From Abditibacteriaceae bacterium (GTDB lineage Bacteria; Armatimonadota; Abditibacteriia; Abditibacteriales; Abditibacteriaceae), in NCBI GenBank assembly GCA_965277285.1, contig OZ255721.1, positions 128,001 through 192,000 of the forward strand: 64,000 nt of DNA, in the 5' to 3' direction. Position numbers and translations under genes: made by a program. This document shows positions 19,434-30,054 of the stretch, piece by piece. How positions within the stretch are numbered: the stretch's first letter is position 1; every line of letters begins with the position of its first letter. A model generated the notes under the pieces. It had not been told where the DNA came from, made no database searches, and was given only the letters and a program-made list of their open reading frames with translations.

Positions 19434-19817
19434 ATGCAAACGAACTTGAAGGCGCTTGTCTTTGTGGATTGCTACGCGTTGAGCAATGACTTGCCATCGA
19501 AAGACCATTGGCGTCTCTTAACTGAGGCGTATGAGGCGATTAATTCCGCCGATGAACGAAGTGCTGTGGTGGCTGGCGGCCCCGGTAAATGGGAAATTAC
19601 GTTTCATAAACTGCTCTCGACCGATGCGCTCGATATAAAGCCTACGTTCGTCAAGGACTTCAGGCCCGAATATGAATCGTGCGAAATTTATAGCTTGAAA
19701 AGCACGCAGGTGATGGATAGACAAATCAGAATCGAAATCGCGTCAGATTACATCAACGGGCATTTTCTTTGTGAATCGGTGCAAGTGAAGCCTCTTGAGG
19801 AAACGATAAACCGCTGA
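19434..19817 (+). CDS. Hypothetical protein
   Basis: ORF from MQTNLK; GATAAT 6 nt upstream of the ATG. Confidence 0.5.
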   Translation: MQTNLKALVFVDCYALSNDLPSKDHWRLLTEAYEAINSADERSAVVAGGPGKWEITFHKLLSTDALDIKPTFVKDFRPEYESCEIYSLKSTQVMDRQIRIEIASDYINGHFLCESVQVKPLEETINR

Positions 19818-19859
19818 TAAGTTCGCCGGAATGCCCGTTCAGCGGTAAAATGGCAGCTA

Positions 19860-21338
19860 ATGTTTTCACGTTTGCCGATACCTTCGTTTCGCCTGGCGAT
19901 TTATTTTGGCGCTATCTCCGTTTTGTGGATCGCGGCGGCTTTTATCCGCGAATTTCTCGTCATCGCCGCGTTGTGCGATGTGTTGCTCATTTTTGTGGCG
20001 CTGCTCGATTTGTTGGTGGCGTCGTCGCCCAACGACTTTGAGGTCGAGCGAAACGTGTCCGACAAGATGAACTTGGGCGCTGCCAATCCGGTGATTTTGT
20101 CGGTTCACAGCCGCGCGCGACGACCGCTTTCGCTCTGGGTGCGCGATGAACCGCCTGCTTCGTGGCCGGTGCATTCTCCGTCGAACAATGCGGTTTTCGC
20201 GGCGGAAACGTCGTCCAAATCGCTGGTGGCACCGCCTGTCGCGCGCTTGCTTTTGGAAACCGAACCTGGCAAAACGACGCGCGGCGAGTACTCGATTACA
20301 CCGACGCGGCGCGGCGAATGGACGTGGGGCAACCTCTCGTTTCGCTATCAGTCGCCGCTGGGTTTGTGGCATCGTCAAGGCAAAGTTGCGCCTGTCAAAG
20401 GAGAAGAAACGCGCGTGCGAGTTTTTCCCGACACGAGCGAAGTGCATCGTTATGAGTTGCGCTTGCGCGAAGGCCGTTTGCGCGACATCGGCTTGCATTT
20501 GCAACGTTTGCGCGGCAAAGGCAGCGAGTTTGAAAGCCTGCGCGAATACGCAACGGGCGACGATTACAAGGACATCAACTGGAAGGCGAGCGCGCGCAGG
20601 GGCAAGTTGATTTCGACCAATTACGACATCGAGCGCGACCAAACCGTGATTGTCGCCATTGATTGCGGTCGCATGATGACTTCGATGGCCGTCACGCGAA
20701 CGGCGCGCGCGGGGCAGCGCGATTTGAACCAGGTCGAGTACTCGAATGTCGCGGTCGAAGAACTTGTGACACCGCTTTCCAAACTCGATTGCGCGATTAA
20801 CGCGGCGGTTTTGCTGGCGCACGTTTCGGCTTCGATGGGCGATGCGGTCGGCGTTTTGTTGTTCGCCGATACGGTTTTAGGTTTCGTGCCGCCGCGCAAA
20901 GGCCGCTTGCAAACCGGCAAAATCATCGACGCGATGTATGCGGTGCAGCCGCGTCTGGTCGAGCCGGATTACATCGGCGCTTACAATTATCTGCTGGCGC
21001 GCAAAGTACGGCGTTCGTTGGTTGTGACTTTCACCGATTTGATTGATGCCGAAGCCTCGCGCGAATTGTTGCAGGCGAGCGGCGCGTTGCGGCGGCATCA
21101 TAACGCCTTGTGCGTGACGATCAACAACCGCGACGTGACCGACATGGCGCAGATTCTTCCGCAAAACAGCGATGAATTGTATTCCAAGGCGATGGCGCAA
21201 CGAATGCTGAACGGTCGCCTCAACGCGCTGGAAAATCTGCGTCGCCAGGGTGTTGGAGTACTCGACACCGAAGCCAGAGCGCTAACGATTGCGACGGTGA
21301 ATCGTTATTTAGATTTGAAAGCGCGCGGCGCGTTGTAG
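19860..21338 (+). CDS. DUF58 (MoxR-associated vWA-like) membrane protein
   Basis: N-terminal TMs; GSEFESLREYATGDDYKDINWKASAR; IDCGRMM. Confidence 0.88.
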   Translation: MFSRLPIPSFRLAIYFGAISVLWIAAAFIREFLVIAALCDVLLIFVALLDLLVASSPNDFEVERNVSDKMNLGAANPVILSVHSRARRPLSLWVRDEPPASWPVHSPSNNAVFAAETSSKSLVAPPVARLLLETEPGKTTRGEYSITPTRRGEWTWGNLSFRYQSPLGLWHRQGKVAPVKGEETRVRVFPDTSEVHRYELRLREGRLRDIGLHLQRLRGKGSEFESLREYATGDDYKDINWKASARRGKLISTNYDIERDQTVIVAIDCGRMMTSMAVTRTARAGQRDLNQVEYSNVAVEELVTPLSKLDCAINAAVLLAHVSASMGDAVGVLLFADTVLGFVPPRKGRLQTGKIIDAMYAVQPRLVEPDYIGAYNYLLARKVRRSLVVTFTDLIDAEASRELLQASGALRRHHNALCVTINNRDVTDMAQILPQNSDELYSKAMAQRMLNGRLNALENLRRQGVGVLDTEARALTIATVNRYLDLKARGAL

Positions 21339-21865
21339 AAGGATTTTAAATAGAAGTGAGTAAGAATACTATTGTATAAGTGGTGCCGATTCGATATAAT
21401 TGAGTTCAGTGAAATCGTAAAGGGGGATCGCATGAGTGGATTTATATAGCGAGATTTGATAAGTACGCTGCCTGTTTTTGTCGAAAAAACTGCAAAGATT
21501 AGTAATTGAAAGTAAAGATTAATAATAAGGTAACCCACAAAATGAAAAAATTCAGACTTAATTCAGAGAATAGTATTCTTAGCATTCCAGTTAGCATTGA
21601 AACGATGACGCGTTTTGAAGTTCTATTTGTTCGTAAAGCTCCGACTCCACGACAGCAGAAGCAATATAAAACGGTGACGAGCTTAATGCGTTATGCGTAT
21701 GAAGCAGGAAGGAGAGACAGTTTGAAAAATTAAAACCTCGAACATAATAAAAGCGCGGCTTCTTCATTGCAGTCGCGCTTTATTATTGTCAATCGAGTAC
21801 TCGATAGTGATATTCGCGGCACCGATTTTCCTCTGCAAGGGGCGGCACGGAAAAGGAGAAATGGA

Positions 21866-23674
21866 ATGTCACAGAAAAAGAGGTATGCGTTGTTGGGGTT
21901 GGGAAGCGTGGCTTTGGCGGCCACTGTGGTGCGGGCGCAGCAGCCTTCGGTTGAGTTTCCGCGCGGTTCGAGCGTTAGCAATGTCATCGAAGTGAAGCAG
22001 ATGGAGCCGACCGCCGACCGCATCAATGCGCTGAAGTTGCCGCCCGGCTTTCACATCGCCAAGTTCGCCGAACTGCAAAACCCGCGCATGATCGCGGTCG
22101 CCGACGACGGCACGGTTTACGTTTCACAGCGCGAATCGGGCACGCTCGTCATGTTGAAAGACACCAATGGCGACGGGCGCGCCGACGTGCAGAAAGTCGT
22201 CGCAACGCGCTATATGCTGCACGGACTGGCCTTGCGCGGCGATTATTTGTATTTCATCACGATTCGTGAATTGTACCGCGCGCGCCGCAAACCCGACGGA
22301 ACACTGGAAAAACCGCAATTATTGATCAGCGATTTGCCGGACGCCGGGCAGCATCCCAACCGCGTCATCAACTTTGGGCCGGACGGCAAATTGTATATTT
22401 CGGTCGGCTCGACGGCCAACGATACGAAAGAGCCGAATCCTGAAAACGCCACGATTTTGGTCGCGGACGCGGACGGCAAGCATCGCAAAATCTTCGCCTC
22501 CGGCTTGCGCAACACCATTGGCTTCGGATGGAGTCCGGTTTCCCGACGAATGTATGGTTGGGACATGGGAATTGATACGCTGGGCGACAACGAACAGCGC
22601 GAAGAGTTCAACGAAATCAAGATGGGCAACCGTTACGGCTGGCCGTATATTTATGAAAACGGCAAGCACGTTTCGCATCCCGTTCCGCCGCCCGCCTACA
22701 CTTTCGAGGATTGGCGCCGCATGAGTACCGATCCTGTCTTGATGTATACGGCGCACGCGTCCGGCATTCAAATGGCGTTTTACAAAGGCCATCAATTCCC
22801 CGCGCAATATCGCAACGATGCCTTTATCGCGTTGCGCGGCTCGTGGAACCGCAACCCGCCCAGTGGTTATCAAATCGCGCGCATTCACTTCAATGCCCAA
22901 GGAACGCCAGTTTCGATTCAGCCTTTTGTGACGGGCTTTCTGTTTAAATCGTCCGTTTCGCCCAACGGCTGGGGACATATCGCGCGCCTGGCCGGAGTTG
23001 CCGTCGCCAAAGACGGCGCGCTTTTGGTGAGCGATGACACCAACAACATCGTTTATCGCATTTCCTATGGCGCGCAAAACGCGAAGCGCCAGATGACAAC
23101 CGCGATGGATGCGCGCAAAATCACCAGCCAACTGCCCGAAACTGCCAACGCGCGCAACACGATTGTGGTGCGTTCGGCGGACTTTGCGCCCAATGGCCTG
23201 ATTCCGTTTCGCAACACGGCTTATGGCCCGGACATTTCGCCCGAACTGCATTGGAGCGGCGTGCCTTCTGGTGCGAAATCGTTAGTTTTGATGATGGAAG
23301 ACCCGAACAGTATCAATCCCAAGCCGTTTGTGCATTGGCTGATGGCGAACATTCCCATATCGAGTACTGGATTACGCGCCGGTTTGCCCGAAGGCGACCG
23401 TATTCGCATTATGAGCGCAGCGAGCGCAAGGCAAGAATCGCACATCATGGACCTGGTGACCGCAATGCAAGGCGCAGCGACGACGAGCAAAATCGGTTAC
23501 TTCGGGCCGAAACCGCCCGCCGACAGCAAAGTGCATCACTATCATTTTCAGCTCTTCGCGCTCGATACGCGCTTGACTTTGCCGTCGGGATTCAATCGGC
23601 AGGCGCTGATTGATGCGATGCGCGGCCACGTTCTGGCCAAAGGCGAAGTCATCGGCCAGGTGAAGCGCAGCTAA
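21866..23674 (+). CDS. PQQ-dependent sugar/sorbosone dehydrogenase-like propeller fused to a YbhB/YbcL (PEBP) domain
   Basis: GPDGKLYISVGS, ASGLRN.IGF, YGWPY; C-terminal SPELHWSGVPSGAKSLVLMMEDP..FVHW..YFGPKPP..HHYHFQLFALD; AGGAG RBS. Confidence 0.85.
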   Translation: MSQKKRYALLGLGSVALAATVVRAQQPSVEFPRGSSVSNVIEVKQMEPTADRINALKLPPGFHIAKFAELQNPRMIAVADDGTVYVSQRESGTLVMLKDTNGDGRADVQKVVATRYMLHGLALRGDYLYFITIRELYRARRKPDGTLEKPQLLISDLPDAGQHPNRVINFGPDGKLYISVGSTANDTKEPNPENATILVADADGKHRKIFASGLRNTIGFGWSPVSRRMYGWDMGIDTLGDNEQREEFNEIKMGNRYGWPYIYENGKHVSHPVPPPAYTFEDWRRMSTDPVLMYTAHASGIQMAFYKGHQFPAQYRNDAFIALRGSWNRNPPSGYQIARIHFNAQGTPVSIQPFVTGFLFKSSVSPNGWGHIARLAGVAVAKDGALLVSDDTNNIVYRISYGAQNAKRQMTTAMDARKITSQLPETANARNTIVVRSADFAPNGLIPFRNTAYGPDISPELHWSGVPSGAKSLVLMMEDPNSINPKPFVHWLMANIPISSTGLRAGLPEGDRIRIMSAASARQESHIMDLVTAMQGAATTSKIGYFGPKPPADSKVHHYHFQLFALDTRLTLPSGFNRQALIDAMRGHVLAKGEVIGQVKRS

Positions 23675-23765
23675 AAACTGAATCACGAAGTTGTTTTGAA
23701 ACTGGCGATTTGGGGTATAAATGGGAACAGGGAACGAAAGTTTTCTGTTCCCATTTGGTGCGCTT

Positions 23766-24569
23766 ATGACGGTAAATTTCTCCCACTTTCCCCAATCGAG
23801 TACTCGAAAGCGGCGCGACTTTCGTGGTTTCACGTTGATCGAGTTGCTGGTTGTGATTGCGATTATCGCGGTGCTGGCGGCGTTTTTGCTGCCCGCTTTC
23901 GCCCGCGCGCGTGAAGGCGCACGTCGCACCAGTTGTTCATCCAATCTCAAGCAAATCGGTTTGGGACTGACGCAATATCTGCAAGAATATGACGACACGA
24001 TGCCCGCTTCGGCGTATGGCGGCGTCGCCTGCGCCACCAACAATTCGACGTGCTACAAATGGATGGACGCGATGTTTCCCTATGTTAAAAGCGAAGCGCT
24101 TTTCTCCTGCCCGAGCGACAGCAATGGAAAATACACTTACAACAAAAACTTGAAGGACGGCCAATCGAGCACGGATTATGGCTCTTATGGACAAAACGGC
24201 GCTTACAAAAACGCGGGCGATAATCAGACGCCGCCGCGTTCTTCGACTTACGTCGTGAAAATGGCGTCCATCATCGTGCCTTCGCAAACCGTGTGGGCGA
24301 CCGACACCAACAACCGCGAAGACGCCAATGGTTCCTATGGTTTCACCTGGCCAGACGCTTCCACGAACCCTTCGATTACGATGGTCGATGGCCGCCGTGA
24401 GTTGGACAAAATCGTCGAACGACACTTGGAAACGACTAACGTTTTGTGGTGCGATGGCCACGTCAAAGCGATGCGCTTGAGCGATCTGGCGAAAACCAAA
24501 CCCGTTTATTGCAGCCCGACTTTGGGAACACAGCCTGTAATGACTGCGTTCACCATTGAAGACGATTGA
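23766..24569 (+). CDS. Prepilin-type N-methylation / DUF1559 / H-X9-DG protein
   Basis: [62 protein letters not shown]. Confidence 0.9.
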   Translation: MTVNFSHFPQSSTRKRRDFRGFTLIELLVVIAIIAVLAAFLLPAFARAREGARRTSCSSNLKQIGLGLTQYLQEYDDTMPASAYGGVACATNNSTCYKWMDAMFPYVKSEALFSCPSDSNGKYTYNKNLKDGQSSTDYGSYGQNGAYKNAGDNQTPPRSSTYVVKMASIIVPSQTVWATDTNNREDANGSYGFTWPDASTNPSITMVDGRRELDKIVERHLETTNVLWCDGHVKAMRLSDLAKTKPVYCSPTLGTQPVMTAFTIEDD

Positions 24570-24574
24570 ATGTT

Positions 24575-24792
24575 GTAGGGACGTCAGTTTGCTGCACCCG
24601 TCATTTGTGGGAAAGACTGGGCGCAGCAAGCTGACGCCCCTACGAAGATATAACAAAGGCGCGGCTTCAATGAAGAAGCCGCGCCTTTGTCGTCAATATC
24701 GAGTACTCGATGTTCGTGAGAGTTTGTCATCCTGAGCGCAGCGAAGAATCTAATTGCAGCCAATTTTTCGCTGCGCTCAGGATGACAAACTC
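24575..24792. repeat. Stack of inverted repeats: GTAG-type REP pair (24575-24643), terminator-like hairpin (24653-24690), palindrome (24699), GTCATCCTGAGC-type IR (24720-24792)
   Basis: GTAGGGACGTCAGTTTGCTGCACCC/GGGCGCAGCAAGCTGACGCCCCTAC; ACAAAGGCGCGGCTTC/GAAGCCGCGCCTTTGT; GAGTTTGTCATCCTGAGCGCAGCGAA/TTCGCTGCGCTCAGGATGACAAACTC. Confidence 0.8.
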
Positions 24793-24834
24793 CGATGCTT
24801 ATGAAAAAGGAAGATTTTGTGGCTTTGGTGCAGA

Positions 24835-26937
24835 TTAGCGCGGAATGTATTCTTTTCTGTTGGCGCGCCCGATGACGAACATCAGCGCGCCATGTGGCGG
24901 CACATTCGCCGAAAATCCGTTTTTCGCCACGCCCAAATCTTTCTGTCGCCAGACATCGCGTACTGGTTGCGTGCCTTGCAGACCAAGGTCTTTCCACTGT
25001 GCGGCAATGGTCGCTTTGTTCACGCCGCGATTGATGAAGGCGACGGCGCGCGTGCCGTTCCACAAAGGCCGCGACCACACTTCGGTGAAACCTTTTTTGC
25101 TCACAACCGAAGCGCCGATTCCCAGCGGATCCTGATCGATGGCGATCATTTCGTCGTTGCTCAAAGCGTCTAACGTGAAGCGCGGCAGTTTGGACAAATC
25201 GCTGCCAATGAGCAACGGCGCCGCCAGCATGCTCCAAATCGTCAAATGCGTGATTTGCTCATTCGGCTTCAAGGCGTGCAGAAACAGCATATCGGGATCG
25301 TTCCAATGTCCTGGCCCGCCGTAGGGCGCAAGGCGCGGCTGCTGCGTTCCAATGTTGATTATGCTGCCGTAACTGGCGCCGATGTCGTCGGTTGTGCGCC
25401 ACAAATTGCCTTTCACGTCGGCGCTGTCGCCCCACTTCCAAACGTCGTTATTGCCATACTGACACAGGCTGTAAACGATGTCGCGGCTGCCCATATCGAG
25501 CGCCTGGCGCATCACGCGATAAGGGCTTTTCGCGCGTTCCACGCCTTCTCCCGTTGCGATGCCGCCGTAAGAACACCAATCGTACTTGAGATAATCGACG
25601 CCCCACGCGCAATACGACCGCACGTCCTGTGCCTCGTGCTGCCACGATCCGGTGTGATTGGCGCAGGTTTTGGGGCCGGGCGACGAGTAAATGCCGTATT
25701 TCAAACCTTTGGCGTGAATGTAGTTGCCCAGCGCCTTCATGTCGCCGAACTTGGGATTGACCTGGATGTTGCCCTGCGCATCGCGTTCGCCCTGCCAGCA
25801 ATCGTCGATGTTGATGTATTGAAAACCGTGACGATCCAGTCCGGTTTTGCTCATCCAATCGGCGGCGCTGCGCACTTTGGCTTCATCGACATCGCACCAG
25901 AAAATGTTCCACGAGTTCCATCCCAGCGGCGGCGTTCGAGACAATTGGTGAACGCCCGCCACAATCGCCAGGTCGCGCCATGCCACACCTTTGGCGCCTT
26001 TCACTTCGAGTTTGACAATCGTCGTGCCGACTTTTTGCAGCGCGCCACTGATGATTCCAGTACTCGAATTAAGCGTCAGACCAGCGGGAAGATTACGAGC
26101 GCTGTAAAGCAGCGGCGTCTGGCCAGTGGCCGCAATACGAAACAAAAATGGGCGGTTCGGCGTGGCACCCGTGACACGCGGCCCGTTGATGCGCGGCGCC
26201 AATGGCGCAATTGAAGCGGGCGCTATAGCAATCGGCGTTTCGTCAAAAGTCGCTTCAGGAGACTTCATTTCTGGCGCATCGACAGGTTGCGGCTGCGGCG
26301 TAACACCCGCGGGATAAACCAACATCGCGTTCGCCCAATCGGCATGATCGAACGTGTCGCCGTCTTCGGCCTGGTTCACGCGCAAAATTAAACGCTTGAC
26401 GCCGCGCAAATCAACCGAAATCCGTCGTGGTGAGTCGCCACCTTGCATCGGGCCGCTGTTGAAGACCAACTTACCGTCGGCGTAAACCTCGAAACCGACG
26501 CTGCCTTTGCCTGCGGTCTCATCATCCACGCCGACAACCGCCGCGAAACGCGAAGCGCCATTAACCTCAATCGCGTACTGGCTCGTGGCGTGTGTTCCCA
26601 CGCCGTGCGGGTAAACGGTTCCGCCTAACTTCAGCGCCGCACCACCAACAGATTTCGCGGCTTGCGGCCTTTGCCAGCCGCAGCTCATCTTGGAAAGATC
26701 GAGCGAATCCAGCCATACGGCATTCAATTTCGCATTGGTTGCAACCTCGAAGTTGGTGAAGCGCAAATTGCCGCCGCAACCGCAAGTATCCGCCGCAACC
26801 TTGACAGGAATTGGTTTTGGAGCAGAAACCGTTTTTCTCGCGGCGTGCGAAGTCGCCAGGCTCAACGATGCCGTTCCCGCTGCAATTCCAAGCGTCAGGC
26901 AAGCGGCGATGTGCTTTCTGTGTCGAATCAAAATCAT
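24835..26937 (-). CDS. GH27 alpha-galactosidase with NPCBM/NEW2 and Ig-like domains
   Basis: TPPLGWNSWN, YINIDDCWQ, GVDYLKYDWC, WNDPDML; HGVGTHA..DHADWANA (NPCBM). Confidence 0.9.
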   Translation of the reverse strand: MILIRHRKHIAACLTLGIAAGTASLSLATSHAARKTVSAPKPIPVKVAADTCGCGGNLRFTNFEVATNAKLNAVWLDSLDLSKMSCGWQRPQAAKSVGGAALKLGGTVYPHGVGTHATSQYAIEVNGASRFAAVVGVDDETAGKGSVGFEVYADGKLVFNSGPMQGGDSPRRISVDLRGVKRLILRVNQAEDGDTFDHADWANAMLVYPAGVTPQPQPVDAPEMKSPEATFDETPIAIAPASIAPLAPRINGPRVTGATPNRPFLFRIAATGQTPLLYSARNLPAGLTLNSSTGIISGALQKVGTTIVKLEVKGAKGVAWRDLAIVAGVHQLSRTPPLGWNSWNIFWCDVDEAKVRSAADWMSKTGLDRHGFQYINIDDCWQGERDAQGNIQVNPKFGDMKALGNYIHAKGLKYGIYSSPGPKTCANHTGSWQHEAQDVRSYCAWGVDYLKYDWCSYGGIATGEGVERAKSPYRVMRQALDMGSRDIVYSLCQYGNNDVWKWGDSADVKGNLWRTTDDIGASYGSIINIGTQQPRLAPYGGPGHWNDPDMLFLHALKPNEQITHLTIWSMLAAPLLIGSDLSKLPRFTLDALSNDEMIAIDQDPLGIGASVVSKKGFTEVWSRPLWNGTRAVAFINRGVNKATIAAQWKDLGLQGTQPVRDVWRQKDLGVAKNGFSANVPPHGALMFVIGRANRKEYIPR

Positions 26938-27006
26938 GGTTCGCTCCAAATTAGTGGGTTCGCCGAAAGACGCCGAAAGCTCAGGCGAAATAGATAATCT
27001 CAAAAA

Positions 27007-27068
27007 GGCAACCACAAGAGTTGCCCCTACGCGGAACTTAATCGTAGGGGCAACCCTTGTGGTTGCCC
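27007..27068. repeat. GTAG-type REP pair, family B
   Basis: GGCAACCACAAGAGTTGCCCCTAC ... GTAGGGGCAACCCTTGTGGTTGCCC. Confidence 0.8.
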
Positions 27069-27123
27069 TTTAGATGTTCTCTTGGAGTTGCTGCTGCGCT
27101 ATCGAGTACTCGATTCGCTTTCT

Positions 27124-27990
27124 TCAGCGATAGGAAGCAAAGACTTTGCTCAATTCCATCTGGCGATGATCGGGATTTGACTTTTCCAGAATCGCGTCCA
27201 TGCGGTCATTCAAGGTCGGCTTTTCTTTCTGGTAAATGATGCCCAGGTGTTCGGTTTGCGTGTCCAGCGCCAAAGTCATTGCTGCGGCTAAATCGGTCGG
27301 ATCGTGCTTGCCTTCGAGCGGCAAAATGTGGGCATCAATTTCGTCGTAGGTTTTGTTGAACATCACGCACGGGCTGAGAATTTGGATGAACGAAAAGCCC
27401 TTGTGACGAATCGCCGCGTTATATAATTCGGTGAGTTGCTTGGGCTTCGACGAATAGCCGCGCGCCACGAAAGAAGCGCCATACGTCAGCAGCATCGCCA
27501 GAGGATTGAGCGGTTCTTCATACTGACCGTGCGGCGAAGTCGTGGTCAATTTGAAGCCGTGCCCCAAACCGTCTTGTGAGCCAGTTGTCGGTGAAGTCTG
27601 GCCTTTGGTCAGTCCGTAAATGAAGTTGTCCATCACGATATAAGTGATGTCGACGTTGCGGCGCGCGGCGTGCGGAATGTGACCTCCGCCAATTGCAAAC
27701 GCATCGCCGTCGCCGCCGACTGCGATAACAGTCAAATCGGGATTGGCGATTTTAACGCCAGTCGCAACTGGCATGGTGCGCCCGTGAACCGTATGAAAAC
27801 CATACGATTTGATGAAAACGGGCAGGCGAGACGAACAACCGATGCCCGACACGATAACAGTTTTGGTCGGGTCGATGTCAAGTTCGGAAAACGAGTTATA
27901 CATCGCGGCGAGCACGGCGAAATCGCCGCAGCCCGGGCACCAAATCGGCTTGGCTTCGGTTTTATATTCTTTGGCTGGCATGAAAGGCAT
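27124..27990 (-). CDS. korB: 2-oxoacid:ferredoxin oxidoreductase beta subunit
   Basis: WCPGCGD, SGIGCSSR, HGR, GGDGD..IGGGH, DNFIYGLTKGQTSPT. Confidence 0.88.
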   Translation of the reverse strand: MPFMPAKEYKTEAKPIWCPGCGDFAVLAAMYNSFSELDIDPTKTVIVSGIGCSSRLPVFIKSYGFHTVHGRTMPVATGVKIANPDLTVIAVGGDGDAFAIGGGHIPHAARRNVDITYIVMDNFIYGLTKGQTSPTTGSQDGLGHGFKLTTTSPHGQYEEPLNPLAMLLTYGASFVARGYSSKPKQLTELYNAAIRHKGFSFIQILSPCVMFNKTYDEIDAHILPLEGKHDPTDLAAAMTLALDTQTEHLGIIYQKEKPTLNDRMDAILEKSNPDHRQMELSKVFASYR

Positions 27991-28122
27991 GGGAAGCTCC
28001 GCTTTTTGAAAGGATGAGAGATGAAGGATAAGGATGAAGAAAAAGCAGCGGACTTGAACGATACCGTTCCTGATTCCAGTACTCGATTCTTCATCCCTCA
28101 TCTTTCATAATTCATCCTTGTG

Positions 28123-30054
28123 TTAAATTCTCGATCCGCTGTTATCAACGCTGTCGCCTTGACCTTGATGGCCGGGTTGCGGCGCTCTGACTTGACGTTG
28201 ATGTTGCACGCGCGCGACTTGCGTCAAAACTGGCTCGCTTTTGTCGGTGCCCCAGCCGTGCAGAAACAGGATTTGTTCCAGCAATTCGTAAGGCGTAAAA
28301 GGCTGTCCCGTGCATTTGGTGAAACTTTCGACCTGCACATTCAAAGCGGCGCGCAGGCGTTGCGCAAACTGTCCGGTGTAGTTCAGTTCGGCGACAACGA
28401 TGCGCTTTTTGCCTTCCATCCATTGCCGAATCGCGTCTTCGGGCAGCGGGTTCATCAGCAAAACGTGCAGTTGCGCGGCATTCAAACCTTGCTGTTGCGC
28501 CAGGTCAATCGCTTCCTGCATCGCGCCTTCAGTCGAGCCCCAGGTAATGAAACCGATCTCCGACTCCACGTTTCCATAATGGCGTGCGAAGGTTCCTTTG
28601 CGATTCGCGTACTCGACGGCGACTTGCAGTTTTTTGTGGCGCTTATCGCTCATGTTTTTGTGCGCGGCAGGCGAAATATCCGGCTTGCCGCCTTCGTTAT
28701 GCTCCAGTCCGGTCGCAATATAATATGTCGCGTCATCGAACGGCTTGGCCATCGGCGAAACGCCACTTTCGGTCAGCGCAAAACGCTTGTAGTTCTGCAA
28801 TTGCTCGGCTGTCGGGCGCGCGCGATTGATAATTTCGTAATCGCTCAACTTAGGTTCAGGAATCAAAGCGCCCGCGTTTGCCAAGTAAAAATCGGTCAGG
28901 AAAAGCGTTGGCATCTGGCACATTTCGGCCAGGTTAAAGGCTTCGATTGTCATGTCGAAGCAATCTTGAATGTTGGCCGGAGCCAGCACAATGCGCGGCG
29001 CATCGCCGTGACCGCCATAAATCGCCAGGTTCAAATCGCTTTGTTCCTGCTTGGTCGGAAGTCCGGTCGAAGGCCCGCCGCGTTGCGCATCGAAAATGAC
29101 GCAGGGAATTTCAGCCATCGAAGCCAGACCAATTTCTTCAACCATCAGCGAAACGCCCGGCCCGCTGGTCGAAGTCGCAGCTTTTTTTCCAGCGTAACTG
29201 GCGCCCAAAACCATTCCTAAAGACGCAATTTCGTCTTCGGCCTGAATCACGCGACCGCCGAACTTGGGCAACAGGTTCGCCAATTTTTCCAGAATGGTGG
29301 AAGCGGGCGTAATCGGATAACCGGCGAAAACGCCCAATCCTGAAGCAATGGCGCCCAGAGCAATCGCGTCGTTGCCGCCCATCATCAGCAAATCGCCGGA
29401 AGTTTCGCGGCGCTCGACGGCAAACGGAATGTGTTCGCCCGTTTTCTGTGCGGCGTTGCGTCCCAAAGTCAAGCCCAACAAGTTCGCTTCGACAATTTTT
29501 TCGCCTTTGCGGTCGAACTTCTGGTGAATTAATTGGTTGACGACTTCGGTATCGACGCTCAAAAGTTCGGCGATGGCGCCCAGAGCGACCATGTTTTTGG
29601 CGCGCGCGCCGCCCGCTTCACGCTTAGCGATGCCGGTAAAATCGATCTCGATGATCTGCGCGTTCATGTTGGTATCATCGACCTGACATTCGGGATCGAA
29701 AATCAGCACGCCATTCGGTTTCAGGTCGGCTTTGTGAATCTGATAAACCTCGTCGTTGAAGCAGACCAGAATATCCAAATGCGAGCCTTGCGATTTGGGC
29801 GTGCTTTCGCCGACGCGCAACTGGAACATCGACGGCCCGCCTTTGATTTCGGCTGGCAAACTTTCGATTTTGAAAATGCGCAAGCCTAATCGTCCTAATG
29901 CAATTGCCAGGAATTCGCCGGTCGTGCGCACGCCTTCGCCGCCGTCGCCCGCAATGCGAATGATGACATCGTTGAGAATTGGCGCGTGTTCGCCGCTTCG
30001 AGTACTCGATGGCGCTACCTGGCTCGATGGCGCGGCGTCCAAAACTTCACTCAT
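28123..30054 (-). CDS. korA: 2-oxoacid:ferredoxin oxidoreductase alpha subunit (gamma-alpha fusion)
   Basis: AGDGGEG, AEIKGG, AGYPITPAS, QAEDEIA, TSGPG, QRGGPSTGLPTKQEQSDL. Confidence 0.88.
   Translation of the reverse strand: MSEVLDAAPSSQVAPSSTRSGEHAPILNDVIIRIAGDGGEGVRTTGEFLAIALGRLGLRIFKIESLPAEIKGGPSMFQLRVGESTPKSQGSHLDILVCFNDEVYQIHKADLKPNGVLIFDPECQVDDTNMNAQIIEIDFTGIAKREAGGARAKNMVALGAIAELLSVDTEVVNQLIHQKFDRKGEKIVEANLLGLTLGRNAAQKTGEHIPFAVERRETSGDLLMMGGNDAIALGAIASGLGVFAGYPITPASTILEKLANLLPKFGGRVIQAEDEIASLGMVLGASYAGKKAATSTSGPGVSLMVEEIGLASMAEIPCVIFDAQRGGPSTGLPTKQEQSDLNLAIYGGHGDAPRIVLAPANIQDCFDMTIEAFNLAEMCQMPTLFLTDFYLANAGALIPEPKLSDYEIINRARPTAEQLQNYKRFALTESGVSPMAKPFDDATYYIATGLEHNEGGKPDISPAAHKNMSDKRHKKLQVAVEYANRKGTFARHYGNVESEIGFITWGSTEGAMQEAIDLAQQQGLNAAQLHVLLMNPLPEDAIRQWMEGKKRIVVAELNYTGQFAQRLRAALNVQVESFTKCTGQPFTPYELLEQILFLHGWGTDKSEPVLTQVARVQHQRQVRAPQPGHQGQGDSVDNSGSRI

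Noticed and set aside
21506..21733. 75-aa ORF in an AT-rich intergenic stretch
   Set aside because: No recognisable domain or clear RBS. It may be real but cannot be supported from sequence alone.
28120..29220. Long antisense ORFs (for example 28120-29220, 19866-20822, 32452-33531, 35115-36155, 44089-45111)
   Set aside because: Shadows of well-supported genes on the opposite strand, with no recognisable motifs.
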